Below, one piece after another: positions 28,824-38,518 of a DNA stretch of 64,000 nucleotides. The DNA lies in the NCBI GenBank assembly GCA_963809605.1, contig CAWEKM010000007.1:143688-207687 (forward strand), written 5' to 3'. Numbering within the stretch: the first letter of the stretch is position 1; every line of letters starts with the position of its first letter. Both the position numbers and the translations under genes were made by a program. The notes below the pieces were generated by a model that had not been told where the DNA came from, ran no database searches, and worked only from the letters and a program-made list of their open reading frames with translations. Source of the stretch: an uncultured Acidobacteriaceae bacterium. Its GTDB lineage: Bacteria; Acidobacteriota; Terriglobia; Terriglobales; Acidobacteriaceae.

Positions 28824-30110
28824 ATGTCAACCTTCAAACCAGTCGACGAGCAACTGACGTATCTCAAGAAGGGCTCGGCGGAAATTATCCGCGAGGCCGA
28901 TCTGCGCGCCAAGCTGGAGAAGTCGCGCACCACGGGCAAGCCGCTGCGGGTGAAACTCGGTATGGACCCGACTGCTCCGGACTTGCACCTTGGGCACACG
29001 GTGGTGTTGCGCAAGCTGAAACACTTTCAGGATCTCGGGCATACGGCGATCTTTTTGATTGGCGACTTCACGGGAATGATCGGCGACCCGACGGGGCGCT
29101 CGGCTACGCGGCCTCCACTGACTCGCGAGCAGATTGAGGAGAATGCAGAGACTTACAAGGCGCAGGTTTTCAAGATTCTCGATCCGCAGAAGACTGTGAT
29201 CGACTTTAACCGGCGGTGGTTCGCGAAGTTTACTGCTGACGATTTTATCCGGCTGATGGCTAAGTACACGGTTTCGCAACTGCTGGAGCGGGAAGACTTC
29301 CACAAGCGCTTTCGGGAAGAAAAACCCATCGCGCTGCACGAACTGCTCTATCCGCTGGTGCAGGGATATGACTCGGTTGCGCTTGAAGCGGATGTGGAGC
29401 TTGGCGGGACCGACCAGAAATTTAATCTGCTGGTGGGGCGCGAGTTGCAGCGGGCTTATGGGCAGGAATCGCAAGTGGTGCTGACTACGCCGATTCTAGA
29501 AGGGCTCGATGGCGTGCAGAAGATGTCGAAGTCACTCGGGAATGCGATTGGGATTCACGAGGCGCCGCTGGAAATGTATGGCAAGGTGATGAGTATTTCG
29601 GACGAGATGATGTGGAGGTATTACGAGTTGCTGACGGATGTGCAAGTGGCTGAGATCGAGAAGATGAAGCGGGAAGCGCATCCGATGCAGGCTAAGAAAG
29701 AGTTGGCGCGGCGGATTGTGGGGGATTTTCATTCGGCGGAGGCTGCCGCGAGAGCGGCGGAAGATTGGGCTAGGCAGTTTCAGAAGAGTGAGGTGCCGGA
29801 GGACGTGGAGGAGGTGGTGGTCAAGCTAGCAGATATAGAGTGGGCCATCAGTGAGGATGTTCCCGTCGATTCAGGCATAAGCGTTACGGGCATCCGGCGC
29901 GCGCACATCAAGTTGGATCGTCTTCTCGTAAAGTGTGGGCTTGCAGATTCCACGACCGATGCGGCGAGGAAGCTAAAGCAGGGCTCGGTGAGAATAGGCG
30001 ATGAAGTGTTCCGAGAGCCGCGCACGAGTTTGAACCTGCCACCAACTAGTCCGCTGAGGCTTCCTCTGCGGGTAGGCAAGCTTTTGAGAGTGGCCGTTAT
30101 CGAATTTTGA
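28824..30110 (+). CDS. tyrS: tyrosine--tRNA ligase
   Basis: 428 aa. Class I HLGH and KMSKS motifs, C-terminal S4-like domain. Confidence 0.95.
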   Translation: MSTFKPVDEQLTYLKKGSAEIIREADLRAKLEKSRTTGKPLRVKLGMDPTAPDLHLGHTVVLRKLKHFQDLGHTAIFLIGDFTGMIGDPTGRSATRPPLTREQIEENAETYKAQVFKILDPQKTVIDFNRRWFAKFTADDFIRLMAKYTVSQLLEREDFHKRFREEKPIALHELLYPLVQGYDSVALEADVELGGTDQKFNLLVGRELQRAYGQESQVVLTTPILEGLDGVQKMSKSLGNAIGIHEAPLEMYGKVMSISDEMMWRYYELLTDVQVAEIEKMKREAHPMQAKKELARRIVGDFHSAEAAARAAEDWARQFQKSEVPEDVEEVVVKLADIEWAISEDVPVDSGISVTGIRRAHIKLDRLLVKCGLADSTTDAARKLKQGSVRIGDEVFREPRTSLNLPPTSPLRLPLRVGKLLRVAVIEF

Positions 30111-30114
30111 CGCC

Positions 30115-30204
30115 GTCATCCTGAGCACACGCAGCACGAAATGCATAGGTCCTTCGTCGGGAGTCCCGCGCTTTTGCGCGGGACTCCACTTCCTCAGGAT
30201 GACA
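30115..30204. repeat. REP-A unit with inverted terminal arm
   Basis: GTCATCCTGAGC ... AGGTCCTTCG ... 12-bp hairpin GGAGTCCCGCGC/GCGCGGGACTCC ... CCTCAGGATGACA. Starts 5 nt after the tyrS stop. Confidence 0.8.
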
Positions 30205-30255
30205 AGGGCTTACCTTCCGCCGAATTGGTCGGTCTGTTAGTCTCAAGCGCGCAAG

Positions 30256-31224
30256 ATGCGAGCGGCCGCCATCCTCGGGCTGGGAAGTTCTGCGAAGAAC
30301 CTTGTTCCCTTTCAGACGGAAGCTGCTTCTCGCGAAATAATTGAGTGGCGCATCGGGATGCCTGGTGCTGCCGATCAGGTGGATGTCATTCTGCTGTTTG
30401 GGGGCGACGGTACCATTTATCGTCACCTTAGTCAGTTGGTGAAGCTTCAGTTGCCGGTGCTGGTTGTTCCGGCGGGGAGCGGGAATGATTTTGCCCGGGC
30501 GCTCGGGCTGGGTCGCGCGCGCGACTCGCTGGCGGCTTGGAGGCGGTTCTGCGGTCGGCAAGACAACGTTCGCGCGATCGATCTGGGCACCATCTTGCCC
30601 CTCGGCGCTGACGCGGGCGAGGCCCCTTCGACTAACTCTCAGAGCAGGTCCGCACCACATTATTTCTGCAGCGTGGCTGGTCTGGGACTTGACGGCGAAG
30701 TGGCGCGGCGGGCTAACGAACTGCCGCGCTGGATGCGGGGGCACGGGGGTTATGCGTTGACCCTGGTTCCGACTATTTTTCGATTCGCCGCGTTTCCCTT
30801 GAAGATTTCGACTTCGGACGAAGACGCGGGCTGGACTGTTCACAGCGATCAGCCTACGATCCTGGCGTCATTTGCCAACACTTCGACTTACGGCGGGGGA
30901 ATGAAAATCGCGCCGCGGGCGCGGATGGATGACGGGCAACTTGATGTCTGCGTGATTGGCAGTGTCGATCCCTTCAAGCTGGCTTGCTTGTTTCCTACGG
31001 TCTACTTGGGGCGACATCTTGGCATCCGCGGTGTGGAGTACTTCCGGGCGGAGCGGGTACGCGTGGAAACTGAGGCGCCCTTCGACGTGTATGCCGATGG
31101 CGAATATATTTGCCGGACGCCGGTCGAGGTAAGCGTTGAGCCGGCTGCGCTGCGCGTGATTGTTGGTTCAAAAAGTCGAGAGCTTGACGGACGTTTTAGT
31201 TCGCTGCAAGGTTTCAAGCTATGA
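30256..31224 (+). CDS. diacylglycerol/lipid kinase family protein (YegS-like)
   Basis: 322 aa. GGDGT and PAGSGNDFAR motifs. Confidence 0.85.
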   Translation: MRAAAILGLGSSAKNLVPFQTEAASREIIEWRIGMPGAADQVDVILLFGGDGTIYRHLSQLVKLQLPVLVVPAGSGNDFARALGLGRARDSLAAWRRFCGRQDNVRAIDLGTILPLGADAGEAPSTNSQSRSAPHYFCSVAGLGLDGEVARRANELPRWMRGHGGYALTLVPTIFRFAAFPLKISTSDEDAGWTVHSDQPTILASFANTSTYGGGMKIAPRARMDDGQLDVCVIGSVDPFKLACLFPTVYLGRHLGIRGVEYFRAERVRVETEAPFDVYADGEYICRTPVEVSVEPAALRVIVGSKSRELDGRFSSLQGFKL

Positions 31225-32018
31225 ACAGATTTCCGCAATTGCTGCTCGTGCTGGCGATGGCTTTGGCGCCGCTTCATGCCCAGACGCGCTGGAAACTGGT
31301 TTGGAGCGACGAGTTCAACGGAGCGGCGGGAGCAGCGCCCGATCCCAGCAAGTGGGTCTATGATCTGGGCGCGAGCGGGTGGGGAAACCAGGAACTCGAG
31401 ACTTATACCGACAACCGCGAAAATTCCTTTCTCGACGGCAAAGGCCATCTTGTAATTCGCGCGCTGCGGACTCCGGATGGCAAGTACACGTCGGCGAGGC
31501 TTAAGACTGAGGGGAAGTTTTCTACTCAGTATGGAAGGATTGAAGCTCGCATCAAGCTTCCGCGCGGGCAGGGGATGTGGCCGGCGTTTTGGATGCTGGG
31601 CGCCGACGTCGGCTCCGTAGGCTGGCCGGCCTGCGGGGAGATCGACATCATGGAAAATATTGGGCGCGAGCCGCGGCTGAATCATGGTTCGCTCCATGGG
31701 CCAGGTTACCCCCGAGACGGCGCCACAGCGCTGTATGAATTGCCCAATCGACATCCTCTGTACAAGGCCTTTCATCGGTTCGCAATTGAATGGTCTCCGG
31801 AGAAGATAGAGTTTTTCGTCGACGGAGTTTCGTATGAAACCGTGACCGCTGCGTCTCTTCCGACGGGCGCGGATTGGGTTTTCAACCGGCCTTTTTTCTT
31901 TCTGCTGAATGTTGCGGTGGGAGGAAATTGGCCGGGGAATCCCGACGGAACGACTGTATTTCCACAAGAGATGACTGTGGATTATGTGCGGGTGTGGAAA
32001 CCTGACGGATCGAAATAG
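31221..32018 (+). CDS. secreted glycoside hydrolase family 16 (beta-glucanase/laminarinase-like)
   Basis: 265 aa. Signal peptide, catalytic GEIDIMEN (ExDxxE). ATGA overlap with the upstream kinase gene. Confidence 0.9.
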   Translation: MNRFPQLLLVLAMALAPLHAQTRWKLVWSDEFNGAAGAAPDPSKWVYDLGASGWGNQELETYTDNRENSFLDGKGHLVIRALRTPDGKYTSARLKTEGKFSTQYGRIEARIKLPRGQGMWPAFWMLGADVGSVGWPACGEIDIMENIGREPRLNHGSLHGPGYPRDGATALYELPNRHPLYKAFHRFAIEWSPEKIEFFVDGVSYETVTAASLPTGADWVFNRPFFFLLNVAVGGNWPGNPDGTTVFPQEMTVDYVRVWKPDGSK

Positions 32019-32040
32019 CGGTGGTGGTGCAGTTTGATAA

Positions 32041-32161
32041 GGAAGCGAACCAAACGCGCGATTATTGTGTCGCGGCGTTGCTTACTAGAAGCAGCGCGAC
32101 ACATCGCGCGGCTCGCTCGGATCCTTCACTGCGCAAAGGACGCTTGTTCAGGATGACAATC
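32041..32161 (+). repeat. REP-A family copy, long form
   Basis: Second copy of the 329-436 element. Internal 8-bp hairpin GTGTCGCG/CGCGACAC. Confidence 0.8.
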
Positions 32162-32223
32162 GAACTCCACTACCGGAATAGCTCTTTCGCCCGTCCGGTC
32201 CTTGCCGGTGCTAAACTTTCCCT

Positions 32224-33135
32224 ATGCCCGAACAACGTTCCCGCACCCTGCTCTGGATTCTGATTGGGGGAGGAGCATTCTTCCTCTTTGTGCTGGCTGT
32301 GTTTTCGCTGGTTTACCTGACGCTGCATGCGGGGACCACGGATGCCGGATTCGGCGGCTTCGGCGACCGCATCGGGGTGGTGGACCTGGATGGCGTGATT
32401 CTCTCGCCGCAGCCGGTGGTCGGGCAGCTCAAGAAGTTTGCTGATGACTCTTCCATCAAGGCGATCATTTTGCATGTGAACTCGCCGGGCGGGGGAGTGG
32501 CGGCTTCGGAAGAGATTTATCGCGAAGTGAAACGCATTCGCGAGGCTAAAAAGAAACCGATCGTGGTTTCCATCGAGACCGTGGGCGCGAGTGGCGCGTA
32601 TTACGTGGCGTCGGCGTCGAACAAGATTTATGCCGACCAGGGCAGCATTGTGGGCTCGATCGGAGTAATTGCGGAGTGGGTGAACTACGGCGACCTGCTG
32701 AAGTGGGCCAAACTGAAGAGTGTGGTGATCAAGACCGGCGAATTTAAGGACACCGGGAATCCGGCCCGTGATCTGACTCCCGCCGAGCAGGCTTACATGC
32801 AGTCGCTGATCGATAATATGTTCGGGCAGTTCATTCAGGCGGTGGCGGATGGGCGTGGGATGAAGTTTGACGATGTTAAAGCCATTGCCAACGGGAAAGT
32901 CTGGAGCGGCAAGGAAGCGATGTCGATGAAACTGATCGACGATACCGGCGACTTTGAGGCGGCCGTCAAAGACACCGCGAAATCGGTGGGCATCTCGGGG
33001 GAGCCGACGCTGGTGCGGCCGGATAAAGATCGCAAGACCATGCTGGATTTGCTGACCGGCGACATTTCACAATGGATCCCCAGCCGGGAAAAGATGCTGG
33101 AGGAGCAGGTCGGGTTTTTCTATCTGTGGAAGTGA
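32224..33135 (+). CDS. sppA: signal peptide peptidase SppA, 36K type
   Basis: 303 aa. N-terminal TM anchor, S49 peptidase motif GASGAYYVA. Confidence 0.9.
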   Translation: MPEQRSRTLLWILIGGGAFFLFVLAVFSLVYLTLHAGTTDAGFGGFGDRIGVVDLDGVILSPQPVVGQLKKFADDSSIKAIILHVNSPGGGVAASEEIYREVKRIREAKKKPIVVSIETVGASGAYYVASASNKIYADQGSIVGSIGVIAEWVNYGDLLKWAKLKSVVIKTGEFKDTGNPARDLTPAEQAYMQSLIDNMFGQFIQAVADGRGMKFDDVKAIANGKVWSGKEAMSMKLIDDTGDFEAAVKDTAKSVGISGEPTLVRPDKDRKTMLDLLTGDISQWIPSREKMLEEQVGFFYLWK

Positions 33136-33274
33136 GGAAGCAGGTCTTGAATATTAGAACCTGAGAGCTTAGACCCGACTCTCTGCCGTGACTTGCGTAC
33201 AACCCCTGAAATTTGAGAAGGTTATGCAGGTTCCGATACGGAACCGAAGCTGTCGCCGGGAGCGAGGGGACATT

Positions 33275-33595
33275 ATGACGAAAGCCGACTTGATTGATGA
33301 AGTCTCGCGTTTAGCGGAACTTACGCGCAAAGACAGCGAAGTAATTGTGGAAGCGATCTTTGACAGCGTGGTGCGGTCGTTGCGCGCGGGCGACAAGATT
33401 GAGATCCGCGGCTTTGGCAGCTTCCGCACGCGGCAGCGCAAGGCGCGCATGGGGCGCAATCCCAAGACCGGCGAAAAGGTTGAAGTGCCCGCGAAGAAGA
33501 TTCCTTTCTTCAAGCCCAGCAAGGAATTGAAGGATCTGGTGAATGAGGGAATCGCCGATGCTGCGGCCCCGCCTTCGGCGGCTCCTACTGCTTAG
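33275..33595 (+). CDS. HU/IHF family DNA-binding protein (IHF-beta-like)
   Basis: 106 aa from ATG 33275 with a purine-rich GAGGGGA just upstream. RGFGSF and GRNPKTGE arm motifs. Confidence 0.9.
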   Translation: MTKADLIDEVSRLAELTRKDSEVIVEAIFDSVVRSLRAGDKIEIRGFGSFRTRQRKARMGRNPKTGEKVEVPAKKIPFFKPSKELKDLVNEGIADAAAPPSAAPTA

Positions 33596-34760
33596 CGGGC
33601 CGCTGCTTCCCGAAATACAAGTCTGCAACTTTTAGAGCTAACTCCTCGGGGTTAGTGTCTGCGCGGTTGGCGAGGATAATGATCGTCAATTGGTCGTCGG
33701 GAAAACGCTGGATTGTGGTGCGAAAACCAATCGTCTCGCCGTTGTGTGACATGCGCCGGTGTCCCTGGTAGGGATCGAGAAACCAGCCGAAACCGTAGCT
33801 AACGGTTGCGCCCTCGGGAGATTTCGCCGGTCCTTCTGCCGGTTGCACCGGAGTTAGCGCCGGCTGCATCTCGGCTTCACTCAGCAGAGTGTGTAGGCGC
33901 AGGGCGCGATCCCATTTGGCGAGGTCATCGAGCGAAGAATAGATCCCTCCATCGCCGAGAACTGCGGATGTTGGGCTCTGGTCGGTCTCATGCCAGCCGT
34001 CGTCTTGCCTGGTGTGGCCGTAGGCGCGGTGCGGCACTTCGCTCCGACCTCGACTCTCGCCTCGCTCGTAGGCCAGCGTGTTTGTCATTTGCAGCGGCGT
34101 AAAGATTCTCTTCTGAAGAAATTCGCCAAAGGGCTTGCCGGATACTTTTTCGACGATCATCGCCAGCACGGCGTAGCCTGAGTTGCTGTATTCCCATTTC
34201 GTGCCTGCTGGAAACTTCACGGTGGTTTGCTGCTCGAGCAGCTTGAGAACGCCGGCATCGAGTATTTGCGGAATCTTTTCCGGAGGTGTGTTGGGATATT
34301 GCTGCGACAGCAGGTCTTCATAGTCTTGAAGGCCCGAGGTGTGATTCAGCAGATTGCGTACGGTGATTGAGTTGCCGTAGGCGGGGAATTCCGGAAAGAA
34401 GTGAGTGAGGTGATCGTCATAGCTTAGCTTGCCCTCGCGTGCCAGGAGCATGATGCAGGCCGCGGTGAATTGTTTGGTGAATGAGGCGAGGCGGAAGTTG
34501 GTGCGTTCATCGATCTGCTGCAGGGTGCGCAAGTCGGTGACTCCGTGTCCGCGGCGGAACACCACGCGGCCGCGATAAACCACCAACGCGGCAGCACCCG
34601 GAGCCGTGGCGGACTTCAGACTGGCGAATACGGCATCGATATGGCTGGATGACACTTGGCCGGATGATACTGGGCCGGACGAGACTTGGCTATCGCCTGG
34701 TGCTGCACAGATAAGCAGACAGAGCAAGGGCAGGACGCTCGCATTTGTTTGTCGCAACAT
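33585..34760 (-). CDS. serine hydrolase, beta-lactamase family
   Basis: 391 aa. Signal peptide, SFTK (SxxK) and YSN motifs. Confidence 0.85.
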   Translation of the reverse strand: MLRQTNASVLPLLCLLICAAPGDSQVSSGPVSSGQVSSSHIDAVFASLKSATAPGAAALVVYRGRVVFRRGHGVTDLRTLQQIDERTNFRLASFTKQFTAACIMLLAREGKLSYDDHLTHFFPEFPAYGNSITVRNLLNHTSGLQDYEDLLSQQYPNTPPEKIPQILDAGVLKLLEQQTTVKFPAGTKWEYSNSGYAVLAMIVEKVSGKPFGEFLQKRIFTPLQMTNTLAYERGESRGRSEVPHRAYGHTRQDDGWHETDQSPTSAVLGDGGIYSSLDDLAKWDRALRLHTLLSEAEMQPALTPVQPAEGPAKSPEGATVSYGFGWFLDPYQGHRRMSHNGETIGFRTTIQRFPDDQLTIIILANRADTNPEELALKVADLYFGKQRPAKQ

Positions 34761-34764
34761 ATCT

Positions 34765-35703
34765 CTATCTCTGGGACTTTAGGCGATTGAGGGGGCGGCG
34801 CTCATCGGGGATCCCAACGACTGCCATCATTCGTCCGGTTTTCCCTTTCTCTGCGCGATATGAAAACAGCAGGTCGGTGCGGCAGTTGGTGCATAACGGC
34901 GAGACTTCGATGCTTTTCGCCGGCACACCCGCGGCCAATAGTTGTTGACGATTGGCTTCCACAAGGTCGAGGAAAATCTTTTTTGGCAATTCGCCGTGGC
35001 CGGGAGGACGAGCCGTGAGGAACAGCATGGGATATTTTTCGCGCACCGGATCGCGCTCTTCGACCTCCCGGAATAATTCTGCCGTATAAGCAAACTGCGA
35101 CTCGAACTGGTCCCGAACCTCCTTACCAACTTGATAGCAACAGCCATGAATGCCGGGGCCAATTGCGGCCTTCAGGTCCCTGGGCCGGGTGCCGAAGCGG
35201 CGGCGCATCTCGCCCACGCCCTTCGCGACGATGCGCTTCAGCGTTCCCCGCCAGCCGGCGTGAAACACGCCTACGGCGCGGCATTTGGGGTCAACAAGAA
35301 TGATGGGCAAGCAATCGGCCGTCTGAATCGCGAGCAACACCCCGGGGGTCGAGGTGATGAGCCCGTCGCCAACGAGCTGGGATTGGGAAGGGGTTTCGAC
35401 GAACTGAATGGCGTCGGAATGAACCTGACGCAGACTGATTAGCGGCCAGTTGCCGGCGGCGAGTTCGCGCGAGAGCGCGGCACGGTTACGCTCGACGGCA
35501 GCTTTGGAATCGTCTGGAGTGAATCCCAGGTTGAGTGCATGGCCGCCGTAGGCGAGCGAAGAGCCTCCTACGCGCGTGGAGAATCCGTGGACGAGCCAGG
35601 GAATTCTGGTGAGGTTGGCAGCGCGAAGAATGTTGAGCCTGGCTTGCCTGGGAACTTGCTTTGGAACCTGCTTCGAAACGTGTTTTGAGACCCGGGTCGG
35701 CAC
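34765..35703 (-). CDS. pgeF: peptidoglycan editing factor PgeF / YfiH (DUF152) family
   Basis: VHSD, TADCLPI and HAGWRG motifs. The repetitive KQVPKQVP N-terminus makes the start uncertain. Confidence 0.85.
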   Translation of the reverse strand: MPTRVSKHVSKQVPKQVPRQARLNILRAANLTRIPWLVHGFSTRVGGSSLAYGGHALNLGFTPDDSKAAVERNRAALSRELAAGNWPLISLRQVHSDAIQFVETPSQSQLVGDGLITSTPGVLLAIQTADCLPIILVDPKCRAVGVFHAGWRGTLKRIVAKGVGEMRRRFGTRPRDLKAAIGPGIHGCCYQVGKEVRDQFESQFAYTAELFREVEERDPVREKYPMLFLTARPPGHGELPKKIFLDLVEANRQQLLAAGVPAKSIEVSPLCTNCRTDLLFSYRAEKGKTGRMMAVVGIPDERRPLNRLKSQR

Positions 35704-35765
35704 CCATCCATGTTACCCGAAGCAGCTGGAGTGGCCTTCACCGACCGAGATCATCCCAGCGGGCT

Positions 35766-36260
35766 TCATCTGACCTTCCCGCTGGCTGGGTGTGCAGGCC
35801 GGGCCGGCGTGGTACCGGCTGACGGAGTTTTGGAACGCGGCTTGAGCGGTGCAGCCCAGCGTCGGCGCACCCCGGCTAGAAATTTTTCCTTATCGCCGCG
35901 CATTTGCCTTACCAGCGCCCGGTTGCCGGTGTCTTCGTGGGCGGCCGCCCAGAGCACCATCTCCGTAAGAACGGGGGCCAGATCGATTCCCTTCCTGGTG
36001 AGCAAGTAAATTACCTTGCGCCGGTCGGATGGATCCGGTTCGGTGGTGATGATTCCGTAGGCGGCGAGCTTCTTCAGGCGGTCGGCCAGGATATTGGTTG
36101 CGATCCCCTCATAACATTCCAGAAATGTTTTGTAGGTGCGGGCGCCCTGGAGCATCATGTCGCGAATGATGAGGAGGGACCAGCGGTCGCCCAGCATCTC
36201 CACGGATGCGTTCAGTGGACACTCGGAGCGCCGCTTTGTGCTTGAATTTTTCCGCGCCAT
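35766..36260 (-). CDS. HxlR-type winged-helix transcriptional regulator
   Basis: 164 aa. CPLNASVEMLGDRWSLLIIRDM signature region. Basic C-terminal tail. Confidence 0.85.
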   Translation of the reverse strand: MARKNSSTKRRSECPLNASVEMLGDRWSLLIIRDMMLQGARTYKTFLECYEGIATNILADRLKKLAAYGIITTEPDPSDRRKVIYLLTRKGIDLAPVLTEMVLWAAAHEDTGNRALVRQMRGDKEKFLAGVRRRWAAPLKPRSKTPSAGTTPARPAHPASGKVR

Positions 36261-36264
36261 CTTT

Positions 36265-36341
36265 TAGTTCATTGTGAAATACTTACTTGTAGTTCATTGT
36301 GAAATACTTACTTGCATTTCGCAAGTTGAATGTGAATACTG
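36265..36341. promoter_or_regulatory. tandem 25-bp direct repeats (two perfect copies plus one degenerate) between hxlR and the propeller gene; candidate operator
   Basis: TAGTTCATTGTGAAATACTTACTTG at 36265-36289 and 36290-36314. Degenerate AAGTTGAATGTGAATACTG at 36323-36341. Palindrome ACTTGC-N5-GCAAGT at 36310-36326. Confidence 0.5.
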
Positions 36342-36472
36342 TTCGCGACAGTCGGGCATCGGAAATGGAGGCTGCGGAAGTTGTTGGCTGCAGCGTTCCG
36401 CGGGCTTCTTCGAAGGCGCAGTAAGGAATTAGACTGGCTTGCGACCGATGCGGAGTTTTTTGGGAGGAGGCA

Positions 36473-37654
36473 ATGAGTAAGGTGCGGGTGTTGGTGGGTA
36501 CGCGCAAGGGCGCGTTTGTATTAACGGCCGATGGTAAGCGCGATAAGTGGGAGGTCAGCGGTCCGCATTTCGCGGGCTGGGAAATCTATCACATGAAGGG
36601 ATCGCCTGCAGATCCCGACCGACTGTATGCGTCGCAGTCGAGCGGATGGTATGGACAGATCATCCAGCGTTCGGACGATGGCGGCAAGACCTGGCACCAG
36701 CCGGGAACGCCGCCTGGAGAGCCGCCTGCGCCGGGACCTCCGAAGGCCGCCAGCAACAAGTTTGTTTACGACGCGTCTGATAAAACGGGCAAGCCGCTTA
36801 CCACGCATCAGTGGTATGACGGCACGCAGCATCCCTGGGAATTCAAGAGGGTGTGGCACATGGAACCCTCGCTTACTGATGCTGACACCGTGTATGCAGG
36901 GGTGGAAGACGCCGCAATTTTTCGATCGACCGACGGCGGGGAGAACTGGCAGGAACTTTCCTGGTTGCGCGGGCACGGCACCGGGCCCGCGTGGCAGCCG
37001 GGCGCGGGAGGGATGTGCCTGCACACCATTATTCTTGATCCCAGCAATCCGAAACGGATGTGGATTGCGATCTCGGCGGCGGGCGCGTTTCGCACTGACG
37101 ATGGCGGCGGGAGCTGGAAGCCGATCAATCGCGGGCTGTATTCCAAATATATTCCGAACCCGACGGCCGAGGTGGGGCACTGCGTTCACCATGTCGCGAT
37201 GAATCCAAAACGCCCGGGCGTGCTCTTTATGCAGAAGCACTGGGACGTGATGCGTAGCGATGATGCGGGCGATTCCTGGCAGAAGATCAGTGGGAACCTG
37301 CCGACTGACTTTGGATTCGTCATCGACGTGCACGCGCACGAACCGGAGACCATTTATGTGGTCCCAATCAAGAGCGACGCGGAGCACTTTGTTCTGGATG
37401 GCAAGCTGCGCGTGTTTCGCAGCCGCAGCGGCGGCAATGAATGGGAGGCTTTGACCAATGGCCTGCCGCAACGCGACTGCTACGTCAACGTGTTGCGCGA
37501 TGCCATGGCTGTTGACACTTTGGACAAATGCGGAATTTATTTTGGGACCAGCGGCGGGCAGGTCTATGCATCGGCTGATGCCGGAGATAGCTGGTCTCCG
37601 ATTGTGCGGGATTTGCCGGCGGTGTTGTCGGTTGAGGTGCAGACGCTCGCGTGA
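36473..37654 (+). CDS. BNR/Asp-box repeat beta-propeller protein (sialidase-fold or Ycf48-like; function unknown)
   Basis: 393 aa. Six SxDxGxxW-type Asp-boxes ([48 protein letters not shown]). No signal peptide. Confidence 0.65.
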   Translation: MSKVRVLVGTRKGAFVLTADGKRDKWEVSGPHFAGWEIYHMKGSPADPDRLYASQSSGWYGQIIQRSDDGGKTWHQPGTPPGEPPAPGPPKAASNKFVYDASDKTGKPLTTHQWYDGTQHPWEFKRVWHMEPSLTDADTVYAGVEDAAIFRSTDGGENWQELSWLRGHGTGPAWQPGAGGMCLHTIILDPSNPKRMWIAISAAGAFRTDDGGGSWKPINRGLYSKYIPNPTAEVGHCVHHVAMNPKRPGVLFMQKHWDVMRSDDAGDSWQKISGNLPTDFGFVIDVHAHEPETIYVVPIKSDAEHFVLDGKLRVFRSRSGGNEWEALTNGLPQRDCYVNVLRDAMAVDTLDKCGIYFGTSGGQVYASADAGDSWSPIVRDLPAVLSVEVQTLA

Positions 37655-37947
37655 TCCGAGTCATACTTCCACAGCATCTGCGAACGCTGGCGCATGTTGG
37701 CAGCGAAGTGCAGCTTGAAGTTGAAAGTCCCGTCACGCAGCGCTCGGTGCTTGACGCGCTCGAGGCCCGCTATCCCATGCTGCGCGGGACGATTCGGGAT
37801 CAGGTCACGCAGGAGCGGCGGCCGTTTTTGCGATTCTTTGCGTGCGAGGAAGATCTCTCGCATGAGCCGCCGGACGCGCTGCTGCCCGACTCGGTTGTGT
37901 CGGGGTCGGAACCGCTGCTGATCATCGGAGCGATTGCCGGAGGCTGA
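37651..37947 (+). CDS. ThiS/MoaD-family beta-grasp protein ending in Gly-Gly
   Basis: 98 aa. GTG start overlaps the upstream stop (GTGA). The MIRVILP start and IIGAIAGG-stop terminus are typical of sulfur-carrier / ubiquitin-like proteins. Confidence 0.65.
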   Translation: MIRVILPQHLRTLAHVGSEVQLEVESPVTQRSVLDALEARYPMLRGTIRDQVTQERRPFLRFFACEEDLSHEPPDALLPDSVVSGSEPLLIIGAIAGG

Positions 37948-37970
37948 GGGAGGTCGCGTATAGATAAACT

Positions 37971-38016
37971 GTCGAGCTTCGCTCGACGGACAGCCGAGGG
38001 CGGCCGTCCCCACATG
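37971..38016 (+). repeat. REP-B element
   Basis: GTCGAGCTTCGCTCGACGGACAGCCGAGGGCGGCCGTCCCCACATG, just after the ThiS/MoaD-like gene. Confidence 0.8.
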
Positions 38017-38038
38017 AGCTATCTTATCCCGCTACCAT

Positions 38039-38434
38039 TTGCTCGCATCCTTCCCCTCCGCTATAGTTTTCCTAGTCATGTTTGGGGATTTCACTGCTAC
38101 CGATCGCTGGACCAAGAAGCCGGTTCACTGTGTTTATCAGTCGCTGATCGTTGCGATTGCTACGCGGCATGCTGACGCTGTCGACGTGAAGTTTCTGGTT
38201 GACGGAAGAACTGTGTCGGTCGCACTGCCGCATCCGGCGTGGGTGGAGTACAAAAACCGCACAGGCAAGGCCATCACGGATTCTCTCGCGGTCGAGATTG
38301 CCGGGCATTACCTGAAAGCCGCGCTGCAGGCCGGCGAAGGCCTGGGGCGGGATATGTACTCGCTCACCATCGCGGAGACGCTCGCGCATCTGGATGCTGC
38401 CGTCGCCGCCATGCAGTCCGCGGTTCCGGCGTAA
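38039..38434 (+). CDS. hypothetical protein
   Basis: 131 aa ORF (alternative ATG at 38078). No motif recognised. Confidence 0.35.
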   Translation: MLASFPSAIVFLVMFGDFTATDRWTKKPVHCVYQSLIVAIATRHADAVDVKFLVDGRTVSVALPHPAWVEYKNRTGKAITDSLAVEIAGHYLKAALQAGEGLGRDMYSLTIAETLAHLDAAVAAMQSAVPA

Positions 38435-38518
38435 AGCGCGCCCCGCTCGCAGCCGGGCTTGCGCCCTGCCTGAGCAGTCGAAGCGGCTGTCTGACCATGC
38501 GCATATCCACGTGACGCC

